Origin: Vicinamibacterales bacterium
GTDB taxonomy: Bacteria > Acidobacteriota > Vicinamibacteria > Vicinamibacterales > UBA8438
Length of the DNA stretch: 64,000 nucleotides
NCBI GenBank assembly: GCA_965221305.1
Contig: OZ244881.1
Location: forward strand, 854,091 to 918,090
Reading direction: 5' to 3'
The notes under the pieces were generated by a model. It searched no databases, was not told the origin of the DNA, and saw nothing but the letters and a program-made list of their open reading frames with translations. Both the position numbers and the translations under genes were made by a program. Positions 1-8,289 of the stretch are shown here, one piece after another (within the stretch, counting starts at the first letter, position 1; every line of letters starts with the position of its first letter).

Positions 1-72
1 ACCTGGATGCGCGCGTGAGGCTCGCGGTCCGGTTCACCGCTTGGCTTCGTCGCCTGTTCGGTTCCCGGCCCT

Positions 73-132
73 AACCTAACGCCGGGGCGGCGAGAGGGCG
101 ACAACCTAACGCCGGGGCGGCGAGAGGGCGAC
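73..132 (-). repeat. Perfect 30-bp tandem duplication covering the last 8 codons and stop of the FGE-like gene
   Basis: AACCTAACGCCGGGGCGGCGAGAGGGCGAC occurs at 73-102 and again at 103-132. The gene-proximal copy carries the real stop (106-108, minus strand). Confidence 0.9.
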
Positions 133-1071
133 TCGGAAGCCGATGAAGGGCCGGCGGGCGCCGGGGTCGGCGCCGCCGCGGGTGGTGGTCCGTAGGTTGC
201 GGGGCGGGTCGCTGAAGGAGCCGCCGCGCATGACCCACAGGGCGTCGGCGGCTGGGTCGCCGAAGTCTCGCGCATCGAACGGATAGGGCAGCAGCGGGCT
301 CCGGGTCCACTCCCAGACGTTGCCGCTCATGTCCAGCAGTCCGTAGGGGCACTCGGGGCACGGGAGGCTGCCGACGGGGGTTGCGGTCCCGCTCCCGGGT
401 GCGGCCCGGTCGCGCCGCATCTCGTCGCCCCACGGATAGCGGCGGCCGTCCGGCCCGCGCGCCGCCTTCTCCCACTGGGCTTCCGAGGGCAGGTCGACCT
501 GCCAGCCCGCCCGAAGGCGATCGGCCACGGTCGACGGCGTCTGCGGCGAGTCGCGCAACTCGGTGTCCAGCCACCGGCAGTAGGCGAGCGCGTCGGGCCA
601 CGATACGTTGCCGACGGGATGGTCGGGGGGGGCCTGGAGAGTCTGCGGGTCGGTGGGGAACCCGGTCGCGGCGACGAAGGCCGCGAACTGGGCGACGGTG
701 ACCTCGTAGCGGCCGATGAAGTAGGCGGAGAGGTCCACCGTCCCCTGGGCGGTCGTCGCCGACCAGCGCTCGTTGTCGAACGCCTCGGGGTCGGTCGTCG
801 GAGCGGCGCCCATCGAGAACGCCCCGGCCGGGATCTCCACGAAGCCGAGCTGTGCATCGTCGGGCAGGAACCAGGCGTCGGCGCGGAATCCCGGCAGCGC
901 GGTCGGCATCGCCGGTGAGGGGGCGCCGGCCGTCGCCCCGCGACCTCCAGGAACGGGTTGTACCCCGAGCCAGACGGCCGCTCCCGCAACCAGCACGGCC
1001 AGAATCGCGGGTCCGATCACGCCGTTCGGGCCGGTGTCGGCGGGGGCGGGGAGAGAGGTGTCGGTGGGCAT
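106..1071 (-). CDS. Formylglycine-generating enzyme (SUMF1/FGE-sulfatase) domain protein, N-terminally membrane-anchored or secreted
   Basis: 321-aa ORF with FGE-type strings seen by eye (GNVWEWT, MRGGSF, YFIGRYEVTVAQF). There is a hydrophobic N-terminal segment (ILAVLVAGAAVWL). Confidence 0.85.
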   Translation of the reverse strand: MPTDTSLPAPADTGPNGVIGPAILAVLVAGAAVWLGVQPVPGGRGATAGAPSPAMPTALPGFRADAWFLPDDAQLGFVEIPAGAFSMGAAPTTDPEAFDNERWSATTAQGTVDLSAYFIGRYEVTVAQFAAFVAATGFPTDPQTLQAPPDHPVGNVSWPDALAYCRWLDTELRDSPQTPSTVADRLRAGWQVDLPSEAQWEKAARGPDGRRYPWGDEMRRDRAAPGSGTATPVGSLPCPECPYGLLDMSGNVWEWTRSPLLPYPFDARDFGDPAADALWVMRGGSFSDPPRNLRTTTRGGADPGARRPFIGFRVALSPPRR

Positions 1072-1102
1072 CGCTACAGACCTGGGGGGCGAGCCGTGTA
1101 CT

Positions 1103-2746
1103 TCACGACCGGCAGGCGAACGACCAGCCGTGGTCGCAGGCCCGCGCGTAGAGCGCCGGCTCGGGCATGTCGAGCAGGTTGGGGCCGGCCTCGCGGAGCA
1201 GCAGCCGGAGGTCGATGGCGCGCGGACTTGCCCGCACCATCCCCTCGGGGTCGAGCAGGTTGACGCAGCCGGCCTGGAACCGCAGCTCGCAGGCCTGAGC
1301 GAAGTACTCGAGCGCGCGCTCGGGGCTGGCGGCGACCACGGCGCCCTCGCGGTGGTGCAGGCCGAGCTCGTTGCACGCCCATCCCGCGTTGTCGCCGCAG
1401 TAGTTGGTCTGGATCTGCACCAGCCGCGCGCACGCCTGCGGCCGGCCGTCGGCGCAGGCCTGCTCCCAGAAGGGGACGGTGTCGCCGCGGTGCCGGCTGT
1501 CCGTCGCGCCCGACACGGTCATCGCGGCGAAGAACAGCGCCCAGGCCGCCATGTGGACGAGGTTGGCCTGCGGCAGACCGGCGGGCGTCGGCGGCCGTGT
1601 TCCCGCGGGCCGCGGCGCGGCCTCGCGGCGGGCCCGGATGGCGGCGGCGAGCCGGTCGATGCGCTGCACCCCCAGGTTCAGCAGCGGCACGCACAGCAGC
1701 TTGTCGTAGAAGGTCGGTAGACCCAGCGCCCCCAGCAGCGCGTAGAGCGCGAACACCCCCGCCCCGTAGAGGGCGCCGAAGACGGCCTTGCCGAGCGGCG
1801 TCCGGGGAGACGTCGACGGGTCGGTGACGAGCAGGTGAAGCCCCAGGAACACCGCGCTCGGGATCTCCGAGTCGATGAAGTACGGCACCCCGGTGACGGC
1901 GGAGTACAGCGCGCTCGACCCGAAGAGCACGATCGCGGCCGAGCCCGCGATCAGGGTGATCGAGAACGCGTACATGACGACGAGCCCGATCAGGAACAGG
2001 AACAGGTAGATGCGCGGGGCGAGGGTCAGGGTCGAGGCGATGTCCTGGCCCCAGGTCAGGTCCGTGGTGCCGGTCGCGAGCAGGATCAGCGAGAACAGGC
2101 CGAGGGAGAAGGCGGAAGGGTTGAAGATGTGGGTGCTGCGCCCCTCGCGTCGCCAGCGCACGAAAGCCTTGCCCATGAAGCCGGCCGCGATCATCACAAA
2201 CTGCAGGTAGAACCAGTCGTCGCGGAACCAGAGGAAGAGGTTGGTGCTGAAGATGATGGGGAACGGGCCGAACCCCAGCCCGTAGCGCTCGCGGCGCGAC
2301 CACGCGAGCAGCAGGTCGAACGCGTAGGCGAAGAGGAGCTGACCCACGAGCAGCCACGCGTGGTCGTAGACGGGACGCCAGAAGTATCCCCAGTAGAGGA
2401 ACACCGAGAGCTGGACGGCGGCCTGCAGGTAGTGTTGCGGCCGCAGGACGAGCTGGAACGACCGGCCGGCCGGCTCCGCCCGGAGACGCAGATAGAGGAC
2501 CGCCTGCCAGATTGCCAGCGCCGCCGCGGCGGCCTGGAACGAGCCGGCGAGGATCGCGCTCGCCTGCACACGCGGCGCCAGCGACGCCGCGAGGAGCGCG
2601 AGGGTCAGCCCCAGAGGGACGGCCCAGACGGGGACGGCGGAACCGGACCCGGCGGGTCCGGAAGCGGTGGCGACTCGGCTCGCGCCGGTCGGGGACGGGG
2701 CGTGCCGTTCGGGCGGCCGGGGGCGCCGGCGTCGCGCGGCAGACAT
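1103..2746 (-). CDS. Polytopic membrane protein with an RnfD/NqrB-like core and a Cys-rich Sel1/Hcp-like C-terminal repeat domain
   Basis: ORF 1103..2923 trimmed to the ATG at 2746 (MSAARRRR). It has many TM segments, strings HIFNPSAF and LLVTDPSTSP, and the C-terminal string ALEYFAQACELRFQAGC. The start is uncertain. Confidence 0.6.
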   Translation of the reverse strand: MSAARRRRPRPPERHAPSPTGASRVATASGPAGSGSAVPVWAVPLGLTLALLAASLAPRVQASAILAGSFQAAAAALAIWQAVLYLRLRAEPAGRSFQLVLRPQHYLQAAVQLSVFLYWGYFWRPVYDHAWLLVGQLLFAYAFDLLLAWSRRERYGLGFGPFPIIFSTNLFLWFRDDWFYLQFVMIAAGFMGKAFVRWRREGRSTHIFNPSAFSLGLFSLILLATGTTDLTWGQDIASTLTLAPRIYLFLFLIGLVVMYAFSITLIAGSAAIVLFGSSALYSAVTGVPYFIDSEIPSAVFLGLHLLVTDPSTSPRTPLGKAVFGALYGAGVFALYALLGALGLPTFYDKLLCVPLLNLGVQRIDRLAAAIRARREAAPRPAGTRPPTPAGLPQANLVHMAAWALFFAAMTVSGATDSRHRGDTVPFWEQACADGRPQACARLVQIQTNYCGDNAGWACNELGLHHREGAVVAASPERALEYFAQACELRFQAGCVNLLDPEGMVRASPRAIDLRLLLREAGPNLLDMPEPALYARACDHGWSFACRS

Positions 2747-3036
2747 CGGCCACCATGATAGCCTGCGGCTCCGTGCGGCGGCGCGCCGGCCCCCGGCCTG
2801 GTCGGCTGGCGGCTCTCGCTGACCGGCGATTCCTCGCGGGCCTCGCGGCGCCGTGGAACTCTGTTTTTGTGGGTGTCCTCGCCAGGGCGGTTCCTTGCGG
2901 GCCTCGCGGAGCCCGTTGCGCACCGGCCCCGGTCCCCCTTCGAGGCGTAACGCCTATGCAGTCTGCATCGAGCCCGTCGCGTCGGGCCGGGTAAGCGTCC
3001 GCCCCGGCGTCCGCCCCACGAACGGCGCGCACGCCG

Positions 3037-3042
3037 TATAAT
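3037..3042 (+). promoter_or_regulatory. Candidate -10 hexamer (TATAAT) upstream of the decarboxylase operon
   Basis: A perfect TATAAT sits in a very GC-rich context about 40 nt upstream of GTG 3082. I see no convincing -35 element. Confidence 0.3.
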
Positions 3043-3081
3043 TGTCGCTGACCCGCCGTTCGACCGGCGGGGGAGCGCCCG

Positions 3082-3228
3082 GTGACCACGGCTACCGACA
3101 TCTTCGTCAACGGCGTCATCGGGGTCTTTACCGGCATCGCCGTCCTGTACGTCCTGATGCGCGTTCTCGCGGTCGTTCTCGGCCGCCCCGCCCCCGAATC
3201 GGCCCCGGCCGACCCGGCTTCCGACTAG
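3082..3228 (+). CDS. Small single-TM subunit of a Na+-translocating decarboxylase (OadG/GcdD-like gamma/delta chain)
   Basis: Hand translation from GTG 3082 gives VTTATDIFVNGVIGVFTGIAVLYVLMRVLAVVLGRPAPESAPADPASD*. It is 48 aa, so it falls below the ORF-track cutoff. Position and topology fit OadG-family subunits placed before the beta subunit. Confidence 0.55.
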   Translation: MTTATDIFVNGVIGVFTGIAVLYVLMRVLAVVLGRPAPESAPADPASD

Positions 3229-3336
3229 TGGACCGCCCCAGAGCTTCCTTTGCCGTCCTGTCGCTGGTTTTCGCTGGCAGACGCTGCGAAAACGCCCCGC
3301 GACATGGGCAGCTTCTCTCAGGGACGGTCCACTAGT
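3224..3336. mobile_element. MITE-like intercistronic repeat element (copy A, ~113 bp) with terminal inverted repeats
   Basis: ACTAGTGGACCG (3224-3235) is the reverse complement of CGGTCCACTAGT (3325-3336). The interior matches the two copies at 54403-54620 in reverse orientation, about 85% by eye. Confidence 0.8.
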
Positions 3337-4438
3337 GGCGTTCCTCGATCAGCTCGGCATCCTGGCCGTCACTCCGGGCATGGCGGTGATGTGGGCGATC
3401 GGGCTCACGTTGATCCACCTGGCCGTCCACCGCCGGTACGAGCCGCTGCTGCTGCTGCCGATCGGGTTCGGCATCCTCGTCGCGAACCTGCCCCTGACGG
3501 GACTGATGACCCCCGGCGAGGGCCTCATCTGGCGCTTCTACCACTACGGCATCGAGTGGGAGGTCATCCCTCCGCTCATCTTCCTGGGGCTCGGCGCGCA
3601 CACCGACTTCGGCCCCCTGCTGTCGCAGCCTCGCCTGATCTTTCTCGGGGCGGCGGCGCAGGGCGGCGTCTACGTCACGTTCTTCGCCGCCCACGCGTTC
3701 GGGTTCACCCTGGAGGAGGCGGCGGCCATCGGCATCATCGGCGGCGCGGACGGGCCGACCACGATCTTCCTCGCCTCGCAGCTGGCCCCCGAGCTGCTCG
3801 GCGCGTGCGCCGTCGCCGCCTACGCCTACATGGCGCTGGTGCCGATCATCCAGCCGCCGATCATGCGCCTGCTGACGACGGAAGGGGAGCGGAAGATACG
3901 CATGAGGAAGGCGCGCAAGGTGAGCGCCCGCGAGAAGCTCGTCTTCCCGATCGCGGCGGCGATGGGCATCGTGCTGTTGGTGCCCGCCTCGGCCCCGCTC
4001 ATCACCATGTTCATGCTCGGCAACCTCTTCCGCGAATCGAAGGTGGTCGAGCGGCTGACGGACACCGCGCAGAACGCCCTCATGAACATCGTCACCATCC
4101 TCCTCGGGGTGAGCGTCGGGGCCACGATGGACGCGCCGACGTTCCTGCGGCCCGACGTGTTGTTCATCTTCGCGCTCGGTCTCGCCGCCTTCGCCTTCGG
4201 CACCGCGAGCGGCGTGCTCCTCGCCAAGGCGATGAACCTCTTCACGAGCGATAAGATCAACCCGCTGGTGGGAGCGGCCGGCGTGTCGGCGGTGCCGATG
4301 GCGGCGCGGGTCGCGCACCGGGTCGGAGCCGAGGCCGACCGCAAGAACTACCTGCTGATGTTCGCCATGGGCCCGAACCTGGCCGGCGTCATCGGCACCG
4401 TCATCGCGGCCGGCGTTTTCCTGACGATGCTGCGGTAG
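3335..4438 (+). CDS. gcdB: Na+-transporting decarboxylase beta subunit (OadB/GcdB/MmdB family)
   Basis: 367-aa polytopic ORF containing YEPLLLLPIGFGILVANLP, which is typical of OadB-family beta subunits. It starts at a GTG inside the right end of the MITE. Confidence 0.85.
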   Translation: MAFLDQLGILAVTPGMAVMWAIGLTLIHLAVHRRYEPLLLLPIGFGILVANLPLTGLMTPGEGLIWRFYHYGIEWEVIPPLIFLGLGAHTDFGPLLSQPRLIFLGAAAQGGVYVTFFAAHAFGFTLEEAAAIGIIGGADGPTTIFLASQLAPELLGACAVAAYAYMALVPIIQPPIMRLLTTEGERKIRMRKARKVSAREKLVFPIAAAMGIVLLVPASAPLITMFMLGNLFRESKVVERLTDTAQNALMNIVTILLGVSVGATMDAPTFLRPDVLFIFALGLAAFAFGTASGVLLAKAMNLFTSDKINPLVGAAGVSAVPMAARVAHRVGAEADRKNYLLMFAMGPNLAGVIGTVIAAGVFLTMLR

Positions 4439-4774
4439 GAGCCGGCGCAATGCAACGGCGCGGACTCCTGGCGGGTTGGTCCGGCGCCAAGCGGAGTCGT
4501 TTCGCGACGACCGGCGCCCCAGGGCGGTCGGCGGCGACTCGGGCCGCGAGGTCGCCATCGTCGGGAAGCACGCGAGTCGCGACGCCGCGCGGACGACGGA
4601 GTTCGGCCGGGCGAGGGCGAGACCGCGGCGATGGATGGAGGCGCGGGCGGCGAGTGACGGCGGCTGGGGCGGTCAGGGGTTCGAGCCGCTTCCGGTGGGA
4701 CTCGCGAGCGAGTTCGCGGGCGCGGGCGGCGAGTGACGGCGGATGGGCGGGTAGAGGCAGGGAAGGACGATGAC

Positions 4775-4993
4775 ATGGCGGAAGACGTGGCGGCCCCGCT
4801 GGCCGGGAAGGTGCTGTCGATCGCGGTCGCGGTCGGCGCCGCCGTCGAGGAAGACGACGAGCTGCTGGTCCTCGAGGCGATGAAGATGGAGACGGTGGTG
4901 TACGCGCCGTGCGACGGCACGGTGACGGCGCTGCGGGTCGCGGTCGGCGACCAGGTCGACGAGGACGACCCGCTCGCGACGATCGGGGAGTGA
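4775..4993 (+). CDS. gcdC: Biotin carboxyl carrier subunit (biotinyl domain)
   Basis: ORF 4733..4993 trimmed to ATG 4775, which is preceded by GGAAGGA. It carries the biotinylation motif EAMKME. Confidence 0.8.
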   Translation: MAEDVAAPLAGKVLSIAVAVGAAVEEDDELLVLEAMKMETVVYAPCDGTVTALRVAVGDQVDEDDPLATIGE

Positions 4994-5002
4994 CGACGAG
5001 CC

Positions 5003-6160
5003 ATGGACTTCGAGCTGACGGGCGAGCAGAAGCTGGTGCAGGAGACGGCGCGCGAGTTCGCCGAGAACGACATCGCACCGACCCTCGTGGAGGAGGAGCG
5101 GGACCACGAGTTCCGGCTCGACCGGGTGCGGCGAATGGGTGAGCTGGGCTTCTTCTCCTGCGCCCTGCCGGAATCGCTGGGGGGCGCCGGGTTCGGCTTC
5201 GTGGAGTCGGTGCTCATGGCCGAGCAGGTCGCCAAGGTCTCGGCGTCGTGGCGGCTGCCGTTCAACATGCAGAACCTGGGGCCGGCCCTGACCGTGGCGA
5301 AGTTCGGCACCCCCGAGCAGCAGGAGCGGTTCGTTCCCGGCTGGGTGGCGGGCACGCAGATCGGCTTCTTCGGCATGACCGAGCCCGAGAGCGGCTCCGA
5401 CGTGGCGAGCATGACCACCGTGGCCCGCGACATGGGCGACCACTGGGAGCTGACGGGCAGCAAGATCTGGGTCTCGAACGCCACCCAGGGCGACGCGGGT
5501 CTGCTCTACGTCATGACCGATCCGGAGCGGAAGCACCGCGGCATGAGCGCGTTCATCCTCGAGCCGAAGAAGGTCGAGAACTTCGTGGCGACCGACATCG
5601 ACACCAAGCTCGGCCTGCACTGCGCGCCCACCGGGGAGATGGCGTTCCACGGCACGAAGCTTCCCAAGGACGCCCTGCTCGGCCAGCCCGGCGACGGGTT
5701 CCGGATCTGCATGTGGCAGCTCAACAACACGCGGCTGGGGTGCGCGGCGGGGGCCCTCGGGGTCGCCGGCGCGGCCCTCGACGCCGCCGTGAGCTACGCT
5801 AACGAGCGGACCCAGTTCGGCAAGCCCATCTCGCAGCACCAGATGGTGCAGGCGCAGATCGCGGAGATGGCGCTCGAGCACGAGGCGGCGCGGATGCTCG
5901 TGTACCGGGCCGCTTGGCTCAAGGACAACGGCCGTCCGAGCCAGTACGAGACGTCGCTGGCCAAGCTGCAGGCGAGCGAGGCGGCGGTGCACGCGGCCAA
6001 CGAGTGCATGAAGATCTACGGGTCGTACGGCTACTCCACGGAGTATCCGGCCGAGCGGCTCTACCGCGACGCCAAGTCGCTGCAGGTGGTCGAGGGCACG
6101 TCGAACGTGCAGAAGCTCATCATCTCGGGCATCGCCTGCGGCCATGCGCCGAACCGGTGA
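5003..6160 (+). CDS. Acyl-CoA dehydrogenase, possibly a glutaryl-CoA dehydrogenase
   Basis: 385-aa ORF with ACAD-family N-terminal, middle and C-terminal regions recognisable by eye (for example FGMTEPESGSDV and EGTSNVQKLIISG). It is embedded in the decarboxylase operon. Confidence 0.85.
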   Translation: MDFELTGEQKLVQETAREFAENDIAPTLVEEERDHEFRLDRVRRMGELGFFSCALPESLGGAGFGFVESVLMAEQVAKVSASWRLPFNMQNLGPALTVAKFGTPEQQERFVPGWVAGTQIGFFGMTEPESGSDVASMTTVARDMGDHWELTGSKIWVSNATQGDAGLLYVMTDPERKHRGMSAFILEPKKVENFVATDIDTKLGLHCAPTGEMAFHGTKLPKDALLGQPGDGFRICMWQLNNTRLGCAAGALGVAGAALDAAVSYANERTQFGKPISQHQMVQAQIAEMALEHEAARMLVYRAAWLKDNGRPSQYETSLAKLQASEAAVHAANECMKIYGSYGYSTEYPAERLYRDAKSLQVVEGTSNVQKLIISGIACGHAPNR

Positions 6161-6173
6161 AGAGGACCGCACA

Positions 6174-7907
6174 GTGAAGCCGTATTTCGAGACGATGGAC
6201 CGGTTCGGCAAGCCCCTCAAGCCGGGCAGGGCGAAGCGGGCGGCCGAGAGCGCGGAGGCGCTGCGGGCGGTGGAGGCGGACATCGCGGCGGCGGCCCGGA
6301 CGGCCGAGGAAGCCGGCTTCTCCACCGAGAAGATCAACCAGCGGGGCTGGATGACCGTGTACCAGCGGTTGGAGTACCTGTTGGACCCCGGCACGTGGCG
6401 CCCGCTTCACACCCTCTACAACCCGGCCGAGAACGACGAGGGCGTCACCAACGTCGTCGACGGCCTCGGGCGCATCGAGGGTCGATGGGCGGTGGTCATC
6501 GGGTTCGACAACAAGGTCATGGCGGGGGCGTGGCTGCCCGGCCAGTCCGAGAACATCCTGCGCGCCACCGACCTCGCGCGGCGGCTCAACGTGCCCCTCG
6601 TGTGGCTCGTCCACTGCAGTGGGGCGAAGCTGCCCGAGCAGGAGAAGTTCTACGCGAACCGGCGCGGGGCGGGGACGCCGTTCTTCCGGCACGCGGAGCT
6701 CGAGCAGGCCGGCATTCCGGTGCTGGCCGGCATCTACGGCACGAACCCCGCCGGCGGGGGGTACCAGTCGGTCAGCCCGACGATTCTGCTCGCGCACCAG
6801 GACGCCAACATGGCCGTCGGCGGGGTCGGCATCGTCTCCGGCATGGCGCCCAAGGGCGGGTTCGACACCGCCATGGTCGAGGAGATCATCGCGAGAACCC
6901 GCGAGTTCACGGCGCGCCCCCCCGGTGATGTCGCCACCCACCACGAGGCCACCGGTTTCTTCACGCGGGTCTACGACGAGGAGACCGGCGTCCTCGACGG
7001 GTTGAAGGAGTACATGCGCGCGACGCCCGCCTACGGCCCCGAGTTCTTCCGGGCGGCGGCGCCGAAAGACCCCGCGTTCCCGGTCGACGACCTCTACCAC
7101 CTGCTGCCCGTCAACCAGAAGGAGGTCTACGACTTCGACGAGGTGCTGGCCCGGCTCGTCGACGGCAGCGAGCGCCTCGAGTTCCGGCCCGACTACGGCC
7201 CCGAGGTGTTCACGGGGGTCTGCAAGGTCGACGGCCGGCTCGTCGGCTGCATCGGCAACCGGCAGGGCTATCTGGGGAAGGGCTATCCCGAGTACGGCGA
7301 CTACCCGGGCATGGGAGGCAAGCTCTACCGGCAGGGGCTCGTCAAGATGAACGAGTTCGTCACCCTCTGCGGCCGCGACCGGCTGCCCGTCGTCTGGTTC
7401 CAGGACACGTCGGGCATCGACGTCGGCGAGCGGGCCGAGCAGGCCGAGGTGCTCGGCCTCGGGCAGGCCCTGATCTACTCGATCCAGCAGACCGACGTGC
7501 CGATGATGCTAGTGGTCTTGCGGAAGGGCACGGCGGCCGCCCACTACGTCATGGGCGGCCCCACCGCCAACCGCCACAACGCGTTCACCCTCGGCACCCC
7601 CGCCACCGAGATCGAGGTGATGCACGGCGAGACCGCGGCCGTCGCCACCTACGCCCGCCGCGCCGCCAAGGAGCATGCCGCGGGGCGCTCCCTCGACCCC
7701 GTCATCGACCGCATGAACGCGCTGGTCGGCCGCTACCACGAGACCTCGCGGCCCGCCTACTGCGCCCGGCAGGGCTTCGTCGACGAGGTCGTGGCCCTCG
7801 CCGACCTGCGAGGCTACCTGCAGGCGTTCACCGGCGCCGCCTACCAGAATCCCGTCTCGATCTGCCCCCGGCACCACATGCTGCTCCCCCGCGTCATCCG
7901 GGGGTAG
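6174..7907 (+). CDS. gcdA: Glutaconyl-CoA decarboxylase alpha subunit-like carboxyltransferase
   Basis: Carboxyltransferase ORF whose strings I recall as GcdA-like (GIYGTNPAGGGYQSVSPTILLAHQDANMAVGG). I chose GTG 6174, which follows AAGAGGA. The alternative ATG 6144 would overlap the ACAD stop. Confidence 0.8.
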   Translation: MKPYFETMDRFGKPLKPGRAKRAAESAEALRAVEADIAAAARTAEEAGFSTEKINQRGWMTVYQRLEYLLDPGTWRPLHTLYNPAENDEGVTNVVDGLGRIEGRWAVVIGFDNKVMAGAWLPGQSENILRATDLARRLNVPLVWLVHCSGAKLPEQEKFYANRRGAGTPFFRHAELEQAGIPVLAGIYGTNPAGGGYQSVSPTILLAHQDANMAVGGVGIVSGMAPKGGFDTAMVEEIIARTREFTARPPGDVATHHEATGFFTRVYDEETGVLDGLKEYMRATPAYGPEFFRAAAPKDPAFPVDDLYHLLPVNQKEVYDFDEVLARLVDGSERLEFRPDYGPEVFTGVCKVDGRLVGCIGNRQGYLGKGYPEYGDYPGMGGKLYRQGLVKMNEFVTLCGRDRLPVVWFQDTSGIDVGERAEQAEVLGLGQALIYSIQQTDVPMMLVVLRKGTAAAHYVMGGPTANRHNAFTLGTPATEIEVMHGETAAVATYARRAAKEHAAGRSLDPVIDRMNALVGRYHETSRPAYCARQGFVDEVVALADLRGYLQAFTGAAYQNPVSICPRHHMLLPRVIRG

Positions 7908-8167
7908 GAGCCTGCGTGACCCCCGCTGGTCCGCCCCGCGTCGGGCCAACCCGGAATCCCGTTTCGATCTGCCCCCGGCACCACATGCTGCTCCCCCGCG
8001 TCATCCGGGGGTAGGAGCCTGCGTGACCCCCGCTGGTCCGCCCCGCGTCGGGCCAATTCGGAATCCCGTCTCGATCTGCCCCCGCCACTACATGCTGCTC
8101 CCCCGCGTCATCCGGGGGTAGGAGCCCGCGTGACCCCCGCTGGTCCGCCCCGCGTCGGGCCAATTCG
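7847..8167 (+). repeat. 107-bp tandem repeat, 3 copies, made of the last ~19 codons and stop of gcdA plus ~47 nt downstream
   Basis: GAATCCCGT starts at 7847, 7954 and 8061. I count 3-4 mismatches between copies, and each copy keeps the TAG stop in frame. Confidence 0.95.
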
Positions 8168-8289
8168 GCCATCCGTGGTCCGGCGTGGGGCCGGTCGTGG
8201 TGAGGGGCGGGAGCGAAATCCGCGCGGTTCGGCCATACGAGGGACCGTGGCGGGCACGGGAATGGCGCCCGACCGTCGACTCGGCGGCG

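Noticed and set aside
1074-3137. A 687-aa minus-strand ORF, plus many similar long ORFs rich in Arg, Pro, Ala and Gly (for example 27865..31878, 45917..49864, 36006..37646, 31556..33361, 57048..58700)
   Set aside because: They run antisense or out of frame to genes with clear family signatures, and their composition is low-complexity. Such shadow ORFs are expected in DNA of about 70% GC because stop codons are rare.
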